From Candidatus Saccharimonadales bacterium (lineage in GTDB: Bacteria > Patescibacteriota > Saccharimonadia > UBA4664 > SCTI01), in assembly GCA_035479795.1 (NCBI GenBank), contig DATIII010000002.1, positions 7-64,006 of the forward strand: 64,000 nt of DNA, given 5' to 3'. A program made the position numbers and the translations under genes. Below are positions 17,349-26,268 of this stretch, in pieces (position 1 is the stretch's first letter; each line of letters starts with the position of its first letter). Below the pieces are notes generated by a model. It ran no database searches and was not told the origin of the DNA. It worked only from the letters and a program-made list of their open reading frames with translations.

Positions 17349-18503
17349 ATGAAAGATATCCAGATCGACGGTGATCGGTTTGAGACTTCAACGCCTGATC
17401 CAGCCAATAAAAAACCTAAGCCCGACTCCTCCAGCGAAGGGCGGTTTGGTCGTTTCAAGAATTGGTTGAAGACCCACCATACGCGCATTATTTTGGGGCT
17501 GGGAGTTTTTGTGGTGGCGCCAGTGGCTGTCTGGGCGTACCTAGAGTCAACCAAGCCGGTGGAGCAGGTTTCTCAGGACGTCCATGTCAAAAAAGCCGTA
17601 AAGCCGCAAACTGAAGCCTCACCCTTAACTGGTGTACAGGTTGACCCGGCCCTGGCCGCCCGGCCCATCACCGCCGCCGTTATAGAGAACCATACCGACG
17701 CCCGACCGCAATCGGGTTTATCGGAAGCCGGCGTCGTGTATGAAGCTTTGGCCGAAGGCGGCATTACACGTTTTGAAGCCTTCTACCTTGAGAACCGGCC
17801 CAAGGAGCTGGGCCCCATCCGCTCAGTTCGTACTTACTTTGTTGATTGGGCTCTGGAATTTAATGCCCCTCTGGCCCACGCCGGCGGCAATGCCGACGCC
17901 CTCGACATTATCGGCCCTCTCGGTATGAAGGACATGAATGAATTTGTTAATGGCGGTTATTTTTACCGATCCAAGGACCGCTTTGCGCCCCATAACCTCT
18001 ACACCTCAAGCGACCAACTCGATTCTCTAGAAGCCAGACTAGGATACAACAAGCCTTCAAGCTTTAAAGCGAGCCCCCGCAAAAAGGACACCAAGAGCGC
18101 CCAGCCGGCCCACCCCGACATCAATATCAATTACTCCTACAACGGCTACCAGGTTGAATATAAGTACAATGCCGACTGCAATTGCTATGATCGCTTCCTG
18201 GCCGGCGCTCCGCACATCGACCGCAACACCGGCAAGCAAATTCAAGTTAAAAACGTCGTCGTTCAATACATGCCCACCAGCTACGGCACTACTCGCATCG
18301 GCGAACAGACGGTTATCATGGGCACTCCAGGTAGCGGCAAGGCGATTGTCTTTACTGATGGTGGGGCAGTAGAGGGGACCTGGAGTAAAGCGGCTCACGG
18401 CGAGCGCACCAAGCTGCTCGACGCAGCCGGCAAAGACATCCCCTTAAATGCTGGCAATACCTGGTATAGCATTGTGCCGACCGACAAGACTGTCAGCTAT
18501 TAA
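17349..18503 (+). CDS. DUF3048-family (YerB-like) secreted/membrane-anchored protein
   Basis: IENHTDARPQSGLSEAGVVYEALAEGGITRFEAFY and PIRSVRTYFVDWA closely match the DUF3048 N-terminal signature. N-terminal transmembrane segment. Confidence 0.7.
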   Translation: MKDIQIDGDRFETSTPDPANKKPKPDSSSEGRFGRFKNWLKTHHTRIILGLGVFVVAPVAVWAYLESTKPVEQVSQDVHVKKAVKPQTEASPLTGVQVDPALAARPITAAVIENHTDARPQSGLSEAGVVYEALAEGGITRFEAFYLENRPKELGPIRSVRTYFVDWALEFNAPLAHAGGNADALDIIGPLGMKDMNEFVNGGYFYRSKDRFAPHNLYTSSDQLDSLEARLGYNKPSSFKASPRKKDTKSAQPAHPDININYSYNGYQVEYKYNADCNCYDRFLAGAPHIDRNTGKQIQVKNVVVQYMPTSYGTTRIGEQTVIMGTPGSGKAIVFTDGGAVEGTWSKAAHGERTKLLDAAGKDIPLNAGNTWYSIVPTDKTVSY

Positions 18504-18586
18504 CCAGCCGATTGATTCAGAGTTGAGGACGAATATTTTATACATAAGCATTATGGTATAATTACATTGTAATAACCGGCTTAGCC

Positions 18587-19150
18587 GTGAAAACCAAAAT
18601 CAAACCAAAAGCCAAATCTAAACCAACAAAACGAGCATTAATAAAAGAACTGCGGGCAAAAGCTGCGCGGCGGGCTGGTCATAATGCGCGCAGGTCAAAG
18701 AAGCTAGCCCACCAGAACTTGGCAATTGTGATGTTTACTGCCATCATCACCATATCTTTTGGTGGTGTGGCTTTTGCTATCAACTTACAGCTGATTCCGC
18801 CGCCCACGGCGTTTAGCAAATATCCTGATACTCAAGCAGTGCTGGATAATTACATAAAACATCCCAAGATCACTCCAGATGGTTACCCCGACCAGATAGG
18901 TAAGGCCTCTTGGTACGCCATCGGGTTGCCGGCACCCGACGCCCTAACCTGTGCTTCAACCACTTTCCCACGTGGGACTCACCTTAAAGTTAAGAATCTC
19001 CGCAATGGGCGTGAGGTGGTCTGCCTAGTTAACGATTATGGCCCTCAGGCTTGGACGGGCAAGGTGATCGACCTTTCGCGCGGCAGCTTTGTCCAAATTG
19101 ACTCACTGAATGCCGGAACCGCACCTGTCGAGATTCGCGTTCAAAAGTAG
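18587..19150 (+). CDS. RlpA-like double-psi beta-barrel (DPBB) domain protein, membrane-anchored
   Basis: ASWYAIG...TCASTTFPRGTHLKVKNLRNGREVVCLVNDYGP...GKVIDLSRGSF matches the RlpA/expansin-like DPBB pattern. Upstream extended -10 TGgTATAAT at about 18553-18561. Confidence 0.65.
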   Translation: MKTKIKPKAKSKPTKRALIKELRAKAARRAGHNARRSKKLAHQNLAIVMFTAIITISFGGVAFAINLQLIPPPTAFSKYPDTQAVLDNYIKHPKITPDGYPDQIGKASWYAIGLPAPDALTCASTTFPRGTHLKVKNLRNGREVVCLVNDYGPQAWTGKVIDLSRGSFVQIDSLNAGTAPVEIRVQK

Positions 19151-19216
19151 TTGCGCTCCTAGGTACTTTAGGCCATAATATCTGCCGTCTGGCAAATCCC
19201 CAACCTGAGGAGAGAC

Positions 19217-19546
19217 ATGACAGACAATAAACCCGAGGAGAAGGTGGAGACGAGGAAGCTGCGCGTCATGCGCGCTGTTTTCAATAAGGATGCACCTCCG
19301 CCTCGCGGCTGGAGAGGACTGTTCCACCGGGATGGAGATCTCATCAAGGCCCTGTGCGGCCAGTCGCTGCCGAATGACCTCACCAAGGCCACACCCTGCC
19401 AAATGGGCCTGGCCCGGCTGATCTGGGACTGGCTGGCAGCCAACACTGCCCTCGAAATCCAGGAAACGACAGCCAGCCGTATCAAAGTCGTCCGTCGGGC
19501 AGCTCAAGGCGACTCCGGGGCACTAGCCCTACTTGGCCTGGCCTAG
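19217..19546 (+). CDS. Hypothetical protein (109 aa) in a high-GC patch
   Basis: SD GAGGAG 5 nt upstream of the ATG. Overlapping minus-strand ORFs look like antisense artefacts. Confidence 0.35.
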   Translation: MTDNKPEEKVETRKLRVMRAVFNKDAPPPRGWRGLFHRDGDLIKALCGQSLPNDLTKATPCQMGLARLIWDWLAANTALEIQETTASRIKVVRRAAQGDSGALALLGLA

Positions 19547-19595
19547 ACAGCCTCACCCGGCCCTGGTGGCGCACCCGCGCTACCAGGGCTGTGTG

Positions 19596-20054
19596 CTACT
19601 CAACCTTCAATAATTCAATTTCAAAAATAAGTGTGGAGTTCGCTGGAATAGTCCCGGCTCCCGGGGAACCGTAACCGAGCTCCGGCGGAATAACCAGCTT
19701 ACGCTTGCCGCCAACCTTCATGCCGGCTACACCCTGGTCCCAGCCCTGAATTACCTGACCACCACCAAGCGTAAAGCTAAAGGGTTCATTCCGATCATAC
19801 GAGCTATCGAATTTATTACCATTAGTTAGCGTGCCGACATAATTAACCGTCACTTTTTTACCGGCAACAGCCTCATCTCCGGTGCCAATAACTTCATCAG
19901 TTTTTTGGAGGCCCTGCTGCGAGGCCTGAGGTTGATCTGTCACAGGTTGCTCCTTGGTTACTGGTTTAATGGTGGCTCGGGCAAAGATAAACCCGGCCAC
20001 TATCACCACGACGATAAAAAGGCTTAGTAAACCGATTATCTGACCACTTCTCAT
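19596..20054 (-). CDS. FKBP-type peptidyl-prolyl cis-trans isomerase, membrane-anchored
   Basis: Canonical FKBP domain [21 protein letters not shown]...[39 protein letters not shown]. Confidence 0.8.
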   Translation of the reverse strand: MRSGQIIGLLSLFIVVVIVAGFIFARATIKPVTKEQPVTDQPQASQQGLQKTDEVIGTGDEAVAGKKVTVNYVGTLTNGNKFDSSYDRNEPFSFTLGGGQVIQGWDQGVAGMKVGGKRKLVIPPELGYGSPGAGTIPANSTLIFEIELLKVE

Positions 20055-20101
20055 ATCAAAATTATAGCATGCCGACCCTTACGCGGGTCGACATTTTGGT
20101 G

Positions 20102-20683
20102 TTAGTAACAAGTATTGGGCCAGGGGCTGCAGCCCCGAGCCGCATAGGTCTCATGCGCCTTGGCGTCCTGTACCTCGGCTGGTGCGTCGGAGGCATGACG
20201 GTAGCCACCATAGCCGCCCCAGGTACCATCGTTGTACTGGTAGGCGCCGTAGTAACCGTTGCCGGTGTTAGTGGCGTAGTTGCCACCCGATTCCCGCGCG
20301 CGAATGCGGGCAAAGATGTCTCCGCTCGGCGCAGCTGTACTGACACGGTGCGAAGCAGCCTGGTGGTGCGTTACAGGCGCCGTAGCCGCTACCGGGGCCA
20401 CGGAACCATAGCCGTCAGGCAGGGGGCGATCGGTGGTTGGTTTGCTTGGAATGGTTAATTCTTGGTCGACGCTAATTACGTCGGGATTTGATAGTTGGGC
20501 GTTGGCATTCCAGATTGGACGCCAATTTTCTAACTGGTTGTCGGCCGCAATCGAAGACAGTGATTCTCCGGTAGCGACCTTATGTTTTTCTGGCTGGTCG
20601 GTTGATCCGCTAGCAGCATGAGCACTGCCGGAGGCCATACCAATTCCCGCCGCTATTGCTAGCAGCATAATGATTTTACGCAA
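20102..20683 (-). CDS. Secreted LysM-domain protein with a C-terminal Rpf-like transglycosylase-like domain
   Basis: Signal peptide. LysM GESLSSIAADNQL...ISVDQELTIP. C-terminus ESGGNYATNTGNGYYGAYQYNDGTWGGYGG...AEVQDAKAH...CSPWPNTC matches the Rpf/transglycosylase-like pattern. TTG start with SD AAGGAG. Confidence 0.7.
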   Translation of the reverse strand: MRKIIMLLAIAAGIGMASGSAHAASGSTDQPEKHKVATGESLSSIAADNQLENWRPIWNANAQLSNPDVISVDQELTIPSKPTTDRPLPDGYGSVAPVAATAPVTHHQAASHRVSTAAPSGDIFARIRARESGGNYATNTGNGYYGAYQYNDGTWGGYGGYRHASDAPAEVQDAKAHETYAARGCSPWPNTCY

Positions 20684-20925
20684 GTTTTCTCCTTGTTTTT
20701 ACTCTAATGGCGCCCTGTCGCATACAGCCATTTTTTGGCGTCTACTTCACCTCACACAGTGGCACAAGCATTTAGGCTAACAAAGACCTCGTTAACGGTC
20801 AATAGTGCAATTTAACAGTTTTTGACGAAATTGACACGCAGCTTAAGAGGCTGATAGGTTGAGATAATTACAAAAATTGGTGGGTGAGTCCCAGGAAAGG
20901 TTTCCACCTATCCTGGGACTCCCAT

Positions 20926-21873
20926 TTACTGGCCCTGGGCCAAGCGCAACCGCTTCACGTTGGCGCTGGCCTCGGCGGCCTGGGTAGAGGCCACTTCAGT
21001 CTCGTCGGCCTCGGTCATCCCGACACTGGTGGTGACCACCGGCGGGCCGAGCAAACTAGCCACCACGGCGGCCGGCGCGGTCAGCACCTTGTCATCGAGA
21101 AGTCCCACTCCCTTGTTCAGGGCGCAGGCACTGGCATCGGCCAGGGCCTCCCTGGATACGACGACCTCACCGTAACCAGTTGGCTGCTTGCACTTGAACC
21201 CAACGTCATCGACCCGAATCCCGGCAATTCCACCGATTTCCCGAGCCTTGGTAATGATGCGCTTGTCGAGCAACCCGCGGATCAACTGCCGGTAGGTGAT
21301 CTTGCCGGCGTCCGTCTGGATGACCTGAACGATGCCCTCGTAGAGGTAATCGCTCCAGCTCGACATTTCCAGCTGCTTCTTGGCGACGTCGACCACCTGG
21401 AAGTGGATGACGGGTGTGACCTTAAAGGCCACGCAGTCGCGGGTAACGATCTTGAGCTCTTGGCACTCGTGCTTCTGAGGCCGCATATCGGTGGGGGGCT
21501 GCTTGTGGATAAACGGCAGCTTGAACCACTGGCCGGCGGTCCGGATCATCAGCTGCTGCCGCCGGGCCGGGTCCCAGCCGATCGGGCAAGGCAGAATGAA
21601 CGGGCCGAAGGCGCGCAAGCCATACCGATCCCAGTACCACGTCCGCAGGTGGAGCGGCATGCCGAAACGGGTCATGACGGACTCGTGGCCGTAGGGCATG
21701 CGAAAACAGCTCTTCTTCCCATCGGCATCGTCCTTGGCCTTCTTGGCCGCAATGCCGAGAATTCCGCCGGTAGTGACACTACCCCCGACAAGTGAAGGAA
21801 CAATTGTTGCGAGACTGGGCATAAGCCCCCTCCATGGGACTCGAGATTTACAGGTAAAACGTACTCCTCGCAC
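20926..21873 (-). CDS. SPFH/band-7 (stomatin/prohibitin-like) domain membrane protein with an Ala/Val-rich C-terminal tail
   Basis: F.MPYGHESVMTRFG, WFKLPFI and QELKIVTRDCVAFKVTPVIHFQVVD match the SPFH N-terminal signature. The likely start is the internal Met MPSLATIV. Confidence 0.55.
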   Translation of the reverse strand: MRGVRFTCKSRVPWRGLMPSLATIVPSLVGGSVTTGGILGIAAKKAKDDADGKKSCFRMPYGHESVMTRFGMPLHLRTWYWDRYGLRAFGPFILPCPIGWDPARRQQLMIRTAGQWFKLPFIHKQPPTDMRPQKHECQELKIVTRDCVAFKVTPVIHFQVVDVAKKQLEMSSWSDYLYEGIVQVIQTDAGKITYRQLIRGLLDKRIITKAREIGGIAGIRVDDVGFKCKQPTGYGEVVVSREALADASACALNKGVGLLDDKVLTAPAAVVASLLGPPVVTTSVGMTEADETEVASTQAAEASANVKRLRLAQGQ

Positions 21874-21977
21874 CCCAATAAAACCACAAGCTCAATCAAT
21901 TGTTAATAAGATTTTTGGCAGAATGCTCAAATCGGATCTACTGCTTACAGCTACAATAGGACAAAAGGAGAGTAGCC

Positions 21978-22280
21978 ATGTGGCCGAAAGATCCAGGGTC
22001 GCGTTTGCAGGACAAAGACACAGAGATCGAGCAACTGAAAGAAAAACTGGCTGACATAAAGGCGAGTCGACGTCGCAAGCTGCCGCGACCACTCCGACGC
22101 CTTTTGATAGCGCTGGTAATCTGGGAAACGGCCTGGAAGGGTGCAGCCTTATGGCGAGCAGCCAGGCGTGGCCAGATCGGCTGGTTTATCGCCATATTAT
22201 TCTCTAATACTGCTGGCGCCCTGCCAATTACCTACCTAATGCGCGGCGAAGACAACAGAGAACCGGAATCTAACCCTTAA
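21978..22280 (+). CDS. Hypothetical small membrane protein (100 aa)
   Basis: Two predicted transmembrane segments. No family recognised. Confidence 0.4.
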   Translation: MWPKDPGSRLQDKDTEIEQLKEKLADIKASRRRKLPRPLRRLLIALVIWETAWKGAALWRAARRGQIGWFIAILFSNTAGALPITYLMRGEDNREPESNP

Positions 22281-22393
22281 GCCTCCTCTCAGGAGGGTAT
22301 GAGAAACCTAGAATTTGCCCCTATACCTAGATCCATCCTCACGCTCGAGCCATTTTCAGTTATTTCTCAGCTAAATCACAGTAGAATAGTGTT

Positions 22394-23074
22394 ATGAGAA
22401 TTCTGGTTGTCGAAGACGAGCACAAAATAGCTAATGCACTCAAGCAGGGTTTGGAACAGGAATCCTACGCTGTCGATCTGGCCTACGACGCCGATGAAGG
22501 ACTGAGCTCAGCCCTAACGGCCGAGCATGATCTAATTGTGCTCGATAGAATGCTCCCCGGCATGATCGAAGGCATTGAGATTGCCAAAGAGGTGCGGGCT
22601 AACAAGATTCATACGCCAATACTAATGCTGACTGCTAAAGATCAGATTCGCGATCGCGTGGCCGGGCTAAATGCCGGAGCTGATGATTATTTAGTGAAGC
22701 CTTTTGCTTTCGAGGAGCTGCTTGCACGCGTCAAAGCCTTGCTGCGACGGCCACAGGATAGCTTGGCCAACATCCTACAAATCCATGACCTGTCGCTCAA
22801 CACGCTGACCTACGAGGTCAAGCGCGCCGGCAAGGTAGTTGGCCTGACCAGCAAGGAATACGCCCTGTTGCACTACCTCATGCGTAATCAAAACCGAGTC
22901 TTGAGCAAAAACAGTATTATTAGCCATGTCTGGGATTTTGATGCCGACATCCTGCCTAACACCGTGGAAGTTTATATGGGCTACTTGCGTAATAAAATCG
23001 AGCGACCATTTAAAGGCCCAGCTTTAATCCACACCATGCGAGGCTTTGGCTACAAGATAGGGGTGGAGGAATGA
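22394..23074 (+). CDS. OmpR/PhoB-family two-component response regulator
   Basis: Receiver motifs (VVEDE ... D at about position 54) and a winged-helix C-terminus GFGYKI. Confidence 0.9.
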   Translation: MRILVVEDEHKIANALKQGLEQESYAVDLAYDADEGLSSALTAEHDLIVLDRMLPGMIEGIEIAKEVRANKIHTPILMLTAKDQIRDRVAGLNAGADDYLVKPFAFEELLARVKALLRRPQDSLANILQIHDLSLNTLTYEVKRAGKVVGLTSKEYALLHYLMRNQNRVLSKNSIISHVWDFDADILPNTVEVYMGYLRNKIERPFKGPALIHTMRGFGYKIGVEE

Positions 23075-24090
23075 GAGAAGTGCGTCGGTGGTGGCAAAGT
23101 TTGGACCCAGCCATTCGGCTGACAGGATCATACCTGCTCATCATTATGCTGATCAGCTTCTTTTTCAGTGTGGTGCTGTACTACATGGCGGCCGGGCAAC
23201 TTTCCGAGGGCCTGCGCCATCAGTATTTGCGCTTCGGCTGCGGACCGGGCTGCGACCCGCAGGGTCCGGTGGGCTTAATTGTCCGAGAAGAACTAGCCAT
23301 CGAAAAGGGCAGACTAATAGCCCAGCTAGCCTATTTTAATATCCTCATCCTAATAATGGCCGCCGCCTCGAGCTTGTGGTTGGCCAGGCGGACCCTCAGA
23401 CCGATCGAAGCCGCCCTAGAAGCTCAGAGCCGCTTTTCTTCGGACGCCTCTCACGAACTCCGCACACCTTTATCGGCCATGCAGGCCGAAATCGAAGTCG
23501 CCCTGCGCAATAAGAAGCTTTCGAAAGATGAGGCCATCAATGTGTTAAAAAGCAATCTGGAGGAAGTTATCAAACTGCGCGGTCTTTCTGACTCGCTACT
23601 ACGCCTGGCCCGCGAAAACGGCCTGGATTATACCGCTGTCGATTTGAAAATAGCTACAGCCGAGGCTGTCAGCCGGTTGCAAGTTTTAGCGGACAAAAAG
23701 CACATTAAAATCGTGGACCAAACAGATTCAGCAATTGTCTCCGGTGATTATATTAGCTTAGTCGATCTAATATCTATCCTGATCGACAATGCCGTCAAAT
23801 ATAGTCCTGAGAATAGTCAGATTACGATTCTTTCCGACACATCCAGCCGTTTCGCTAGTCTGACTGTCAAAGATAACGGCCCGGGCATTGGCAATACGCA
23901 CCTAACACGTATATTTGAACGATTTTACCGGGCTGACGTCTCGCGCACGGGTAGTGGCGGATACGGATTAGGGCTCTCTATAGCCAAAAAGCTGGCTGAT
24001 CTACATCAAGGTAAAATTGAGGTTAAGAGCCAGGCAGGCAAAGGCTCAGAATTTACCTTAAAAATACCTGTTCTAAAGCAGGGGGCTTAA
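23071..24090 (+). CDS. Sensor histidine kinase (HisKA + HATPase_c), 2 transmembrane segments
   Basis: H-box SHELRTPLSAM and G-boxes DNGPGI / GYGLGLSI. ATG overlaps the response-regulator stop (ATGA). Confidence 0.85.
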   Translation: MREVRRWWQSLDPAIRLTGSYLLIIMLISFFFSVVLYYMAAGQLSEGLRHQYLRFGCGPGCDPQGPVGLIVREELAIEKGRLIAQLAYFNILILIMAAASSLWLARRTLRPIEAALEAQSRFSSDASHELRTPLSAMQAEIEVALRNKKLSKDEAINVLKSNLEEVIKLRGLSDSLLRLARENGLDYTAVDLKIATAEAVSRLQVLADKKHIKIVDQTDSAIVSGDYISLVDLISILIDNAVKYSPENSQITILSDTSSRFASLTVKDNGPGIGNTHLTRIFERFYRADVSRTGSGGYGLGLSIAKKLADLHQGKIEVKSQAGKGSEFTLKIPVLKQGA

Positions 24091-25559
24091 TACTCCTCAA
24101 AAAATAGAGTTAGGCCAAGCTTTGTAGCCTCCGCCTCTAGCTTTTCCTTACCGACTGAGTCAATGGTTGATTGGTCAACTCGTACGATCACCTCAATATG
24201 CGGGTATTCCCGAGCAATAGTAGTCGCTAGCTCTCGACCGGTGTTGAAAGGTAGCGACACCGATTCGATGTCTTCCACGCCAACGCCACCCAATATCTGG
24301 GCCTCCACATAATATGGATCACGCCCTCTCTCACCCTCATACTCGCGTCGTAGAAGCTCGGCCTCTACCGCGTCATCAACGGTGAGAATATTTTCCGCCC
24401 CAGACAGCAGTGGAGCAGAACCGTCCCTAAGCGAGTCCCCATACGAAAATGTTGTCCTTGTCTCGACAACCTCCGGTTTGATCGTGACCGCGCATTCACC
24501 GTAACGATTGTCGCCCAAGCCGACTGCCTTAGAATCCGGCCCCGCGGCTAACGCACCATAAACTATTCGGCTTTCAAGCACGTCGTCTTTTTCCCGACGA
24601 CCAGTCCGACTCTCCATATTTTGGCGTCGAGTTGAATCAGGTGTGCCACCAGAGGTTTCAATTTCACCGTAACCGAGCAGTCGATGACTATCAAATAAAA
24701 CCCGTGCCAAGACTTCTGGCTTGGTATGAACCACCCCAGCTCGCTCGGCGGCTTGGGCCTCTTCGTGTACCTTTTCGGCAGTGCCTTGGTCAAGATGGAG
24801 TCGAGCATAGACGGCGGCCAGAGCGGCTGGACTTTTTTCTTCGGCAGCCGCCACACGCTCCTGAGCCGGGACATGGTTCTCCTGAATGCTTTTCAATATC
24901 TGCTCTAGTTCGTGGCTTGAAATCAACTCCAGAGCCATTGCAGCCTCCTCAGGCCGCGCCACATACTTGTGCTCAAAAAACTTCCAGGCCTCGACAGCTA
25001 ACAGGTCACGTTCCGAGGATTCAGGTAGGTGCCTGAGCAGGGGAATAATCATATCGGCTTCGGCCTTGGCAGCTTCTCGAGTTGCGGTTCGTGTATCCTG
25101 GTCATGCCGGAACCGAAAGGGGTCAGTAATTTCGGCTAACGCCTGGATACGCTCCTGAGCAAGTCCTACATTCAGCCCAGCCAGGTCAGCTTGGTTTAGT
25201 GGAATAGGCTCACGGATGACGCGCTCGGATTTACCAATTTTTGAGTATGAATTATATAGGCCTTTCACCTCTGAACGCCGAAACTCTCGGGACAATCTAG
25301 AAACTACCTCAGCCACCTGGCCTGAATCGGCTGGCTGTTCACGCTCTAAGGCACTAGTAACCCCCTCAAAGCAATCTTTGAGCTTTTCTGGGTCTCGCAA
25401 ATCCTTAGCTTGCTCGACCCTGCGAACATCATGGCTGGTAATTTCCGACCGGGCAACCTTTAAAGCCTCTTCCAGACCGGGGGTAGCACTTGTTTCCGAA
25501 GCCTTGGAATGAAATTCTTCTGCTTCTGGTGTGGCGACTTCGCTCATAAGCGCTAGCAT
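24087..25559 (-). CDS. Large orphan protein (490 aa): Ala/Glu-rich helical N-terminal half plus a globular C-terminal domain
   Basis: Long ORF with good coding statistics, convergent with the kinase. No recognisable motifs; not a match to any family I can name. Confidence 0.5.
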   Translation of the reverse strand: MLALMSEVATPEAEEFHSKASETSATPGLEEALKVARSEITSHDVRRVEQAKDLRDPEKLKDCFEGVTSALEREQPADSGQVAEVVSRLSREFRRSEVKGLYNSYSKIGKSERVIREPIPLNQADLAGLNVGLAQERIQALAEITDPFRFRHDQDTRTATREAAKAEADMIIPLLRHLPESSERDLLAVEAWKFFEHKYVARPEEAAMALELISSHELEQILKSIQENHVPAQERVAAAEEKSPAALAAVYARLHLDQGTAEKVHEEAQAAERAGVVHTKPEVLARVLFDSHRLLGYGEIETSGGTPDSTRRQNMESRTGRREKDDVLESRIVYGALAAGPDSKAVGLGDNRYGECAVTIKPEVVETRTTFSYGDSLRDGSAPLLSGAENILTVDDAVEAELLRREYEGERGRDPYYVEAQILGGVGVEDIESVSLPFNTGRELATTIAREYPHIEVIVRVDQSTIDSVGKEKLEAEATKLGLTLFFEEY

Positions 25560-25684
25560 AGACTATAGACCTGTAAACTGCTATAGTGGTCGGGTTCAAT
25601 CCAGGCATTGCCACTTCTCCATACATTGCGTATCACGCCATCGCTCGGAATATACTTGTGCCAAAAAAGTGCATTCCTCGCTCT

Positions 25685-25760
25685 GGCCCCATCGTCTAGA
25701 GGCCTAGGACGCCGGGTTCTCAGTCCGGTAACAGGGGTTCGAATCCCCTTGGGGCTACCA
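25685..25760 (+). tRNA. tRNA-Glu (anticodon CUC), CCA encoded
   Basis: Cloverleaf: acceptor GGCCCCA/UGGGGCU, anticodon stem CCGGG/UCCGG with loop UUCUCAG, T-loop GGTTCGAATCC, 3' ACCA. Confidence 0.85.
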
Positions 25761-25766
25761 AAAAGT

Positions 25767-25793
25767 GTCCGACTTTCATGTCGGGCATTTTTT
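25767..25793 (+). terminator. Intrinsic terminator after tRNA-Glu
   Basis: 7-bp stem GTCCGAC/GTCGGGC (one G-U pair) followed by ATTTTTT. Confidence 0.6.
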
Positions 25794-25926
25794 AGTAAGC
25801 TTTTCTCGGTTTTATATGATATTAGTGCTTTTTGAGAGGCCAACATCCTTGTTAACCTCTCAAGTGGATCACACCAGAGTCCGGCCCATGATGGTGTCGA
25901 GCGATGCCGCCATGACCACACGCTCC

Positions 25927-26073
25927 TTATGGTCGGCATAGTGGGCGATCTCCGTGTACCTCATAGACACGACGAATCGTATCGAACATCTTGTTAAAAG
26001 CAATCTGGTCTTCAGGGAGGAGCTCCATGAAGCCGCTCAGGATGCGAGGCGTAACTCGCTGGGGATCCGACAT
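25927..26073 (-). pseudogene. hisS: N-terminal remnant (48 codons) of a histidyl-tRNA synthetase-like gene
   Basis: Translation MSDPQRVTPRILSGFMELLPEDQIAFNKMFDTIRRVYEVHGDRPLCRP* matches the HisRS N-terminal pattern (..DFLPEE.....FDTI..VFE.HGF.PLETP). A stop codon comes where motif 1 should continue, and no continuation exists in other frames. Confidence 0.35.
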
Positions 26074-26268
26074 TCCGGAGTCCTTTCTTAATAGGTTTAG
26101 CCCTGTTGTCGAGGTACTGGCCCTTGAGCCACCTCAATCCAAAAGCTAGTTATATCCTTTTACCATTAATACTATAGAATGACAAGGCTTTATATCGAGC
26201 TAATTAACCTAAAATCCTTGGCTTTTTAAGCTAATAACGGCATAATAAAACAAAACATAAGAGGTTTC

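Noticed and set aside
19561-19588. GC-rich hairpin CCCTGGT...ACCAGGG between convergent genes 19546/19596 as an intrinsic terminator
   Set aside because: It has a 7-bp stem with a 14-nt loop and no flanking T- or A-run on either side. It is noted but not called.
20884-21795. 303-aa plus-strand ORF overlapping the SPFH gene
   Set aside because: It is antisense to a high-GC gene. Its composition (Gly/Leu/Arg/Pro/His-rich, no motifs) is typical of spurious antisense frames. The minus-strand frame has clear SPFH motifs.
25595-25606. GGTTCAATCC T-loop-like sequence upstream of tRNA-Glu (possible second tRNA)
   Set aside because: No acceptor stem, D-arm or anticodon arm can be built around it on either strand.
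25553-25939. 128-aa minus-strand ORF spanning tRNA-Glu
   Set aside because: It overlaps a well-formed tRNA and its terminator. Its Trp/Arg/Ser-rich sequence has no features. It is in a different frame from the hisS-like fragment.
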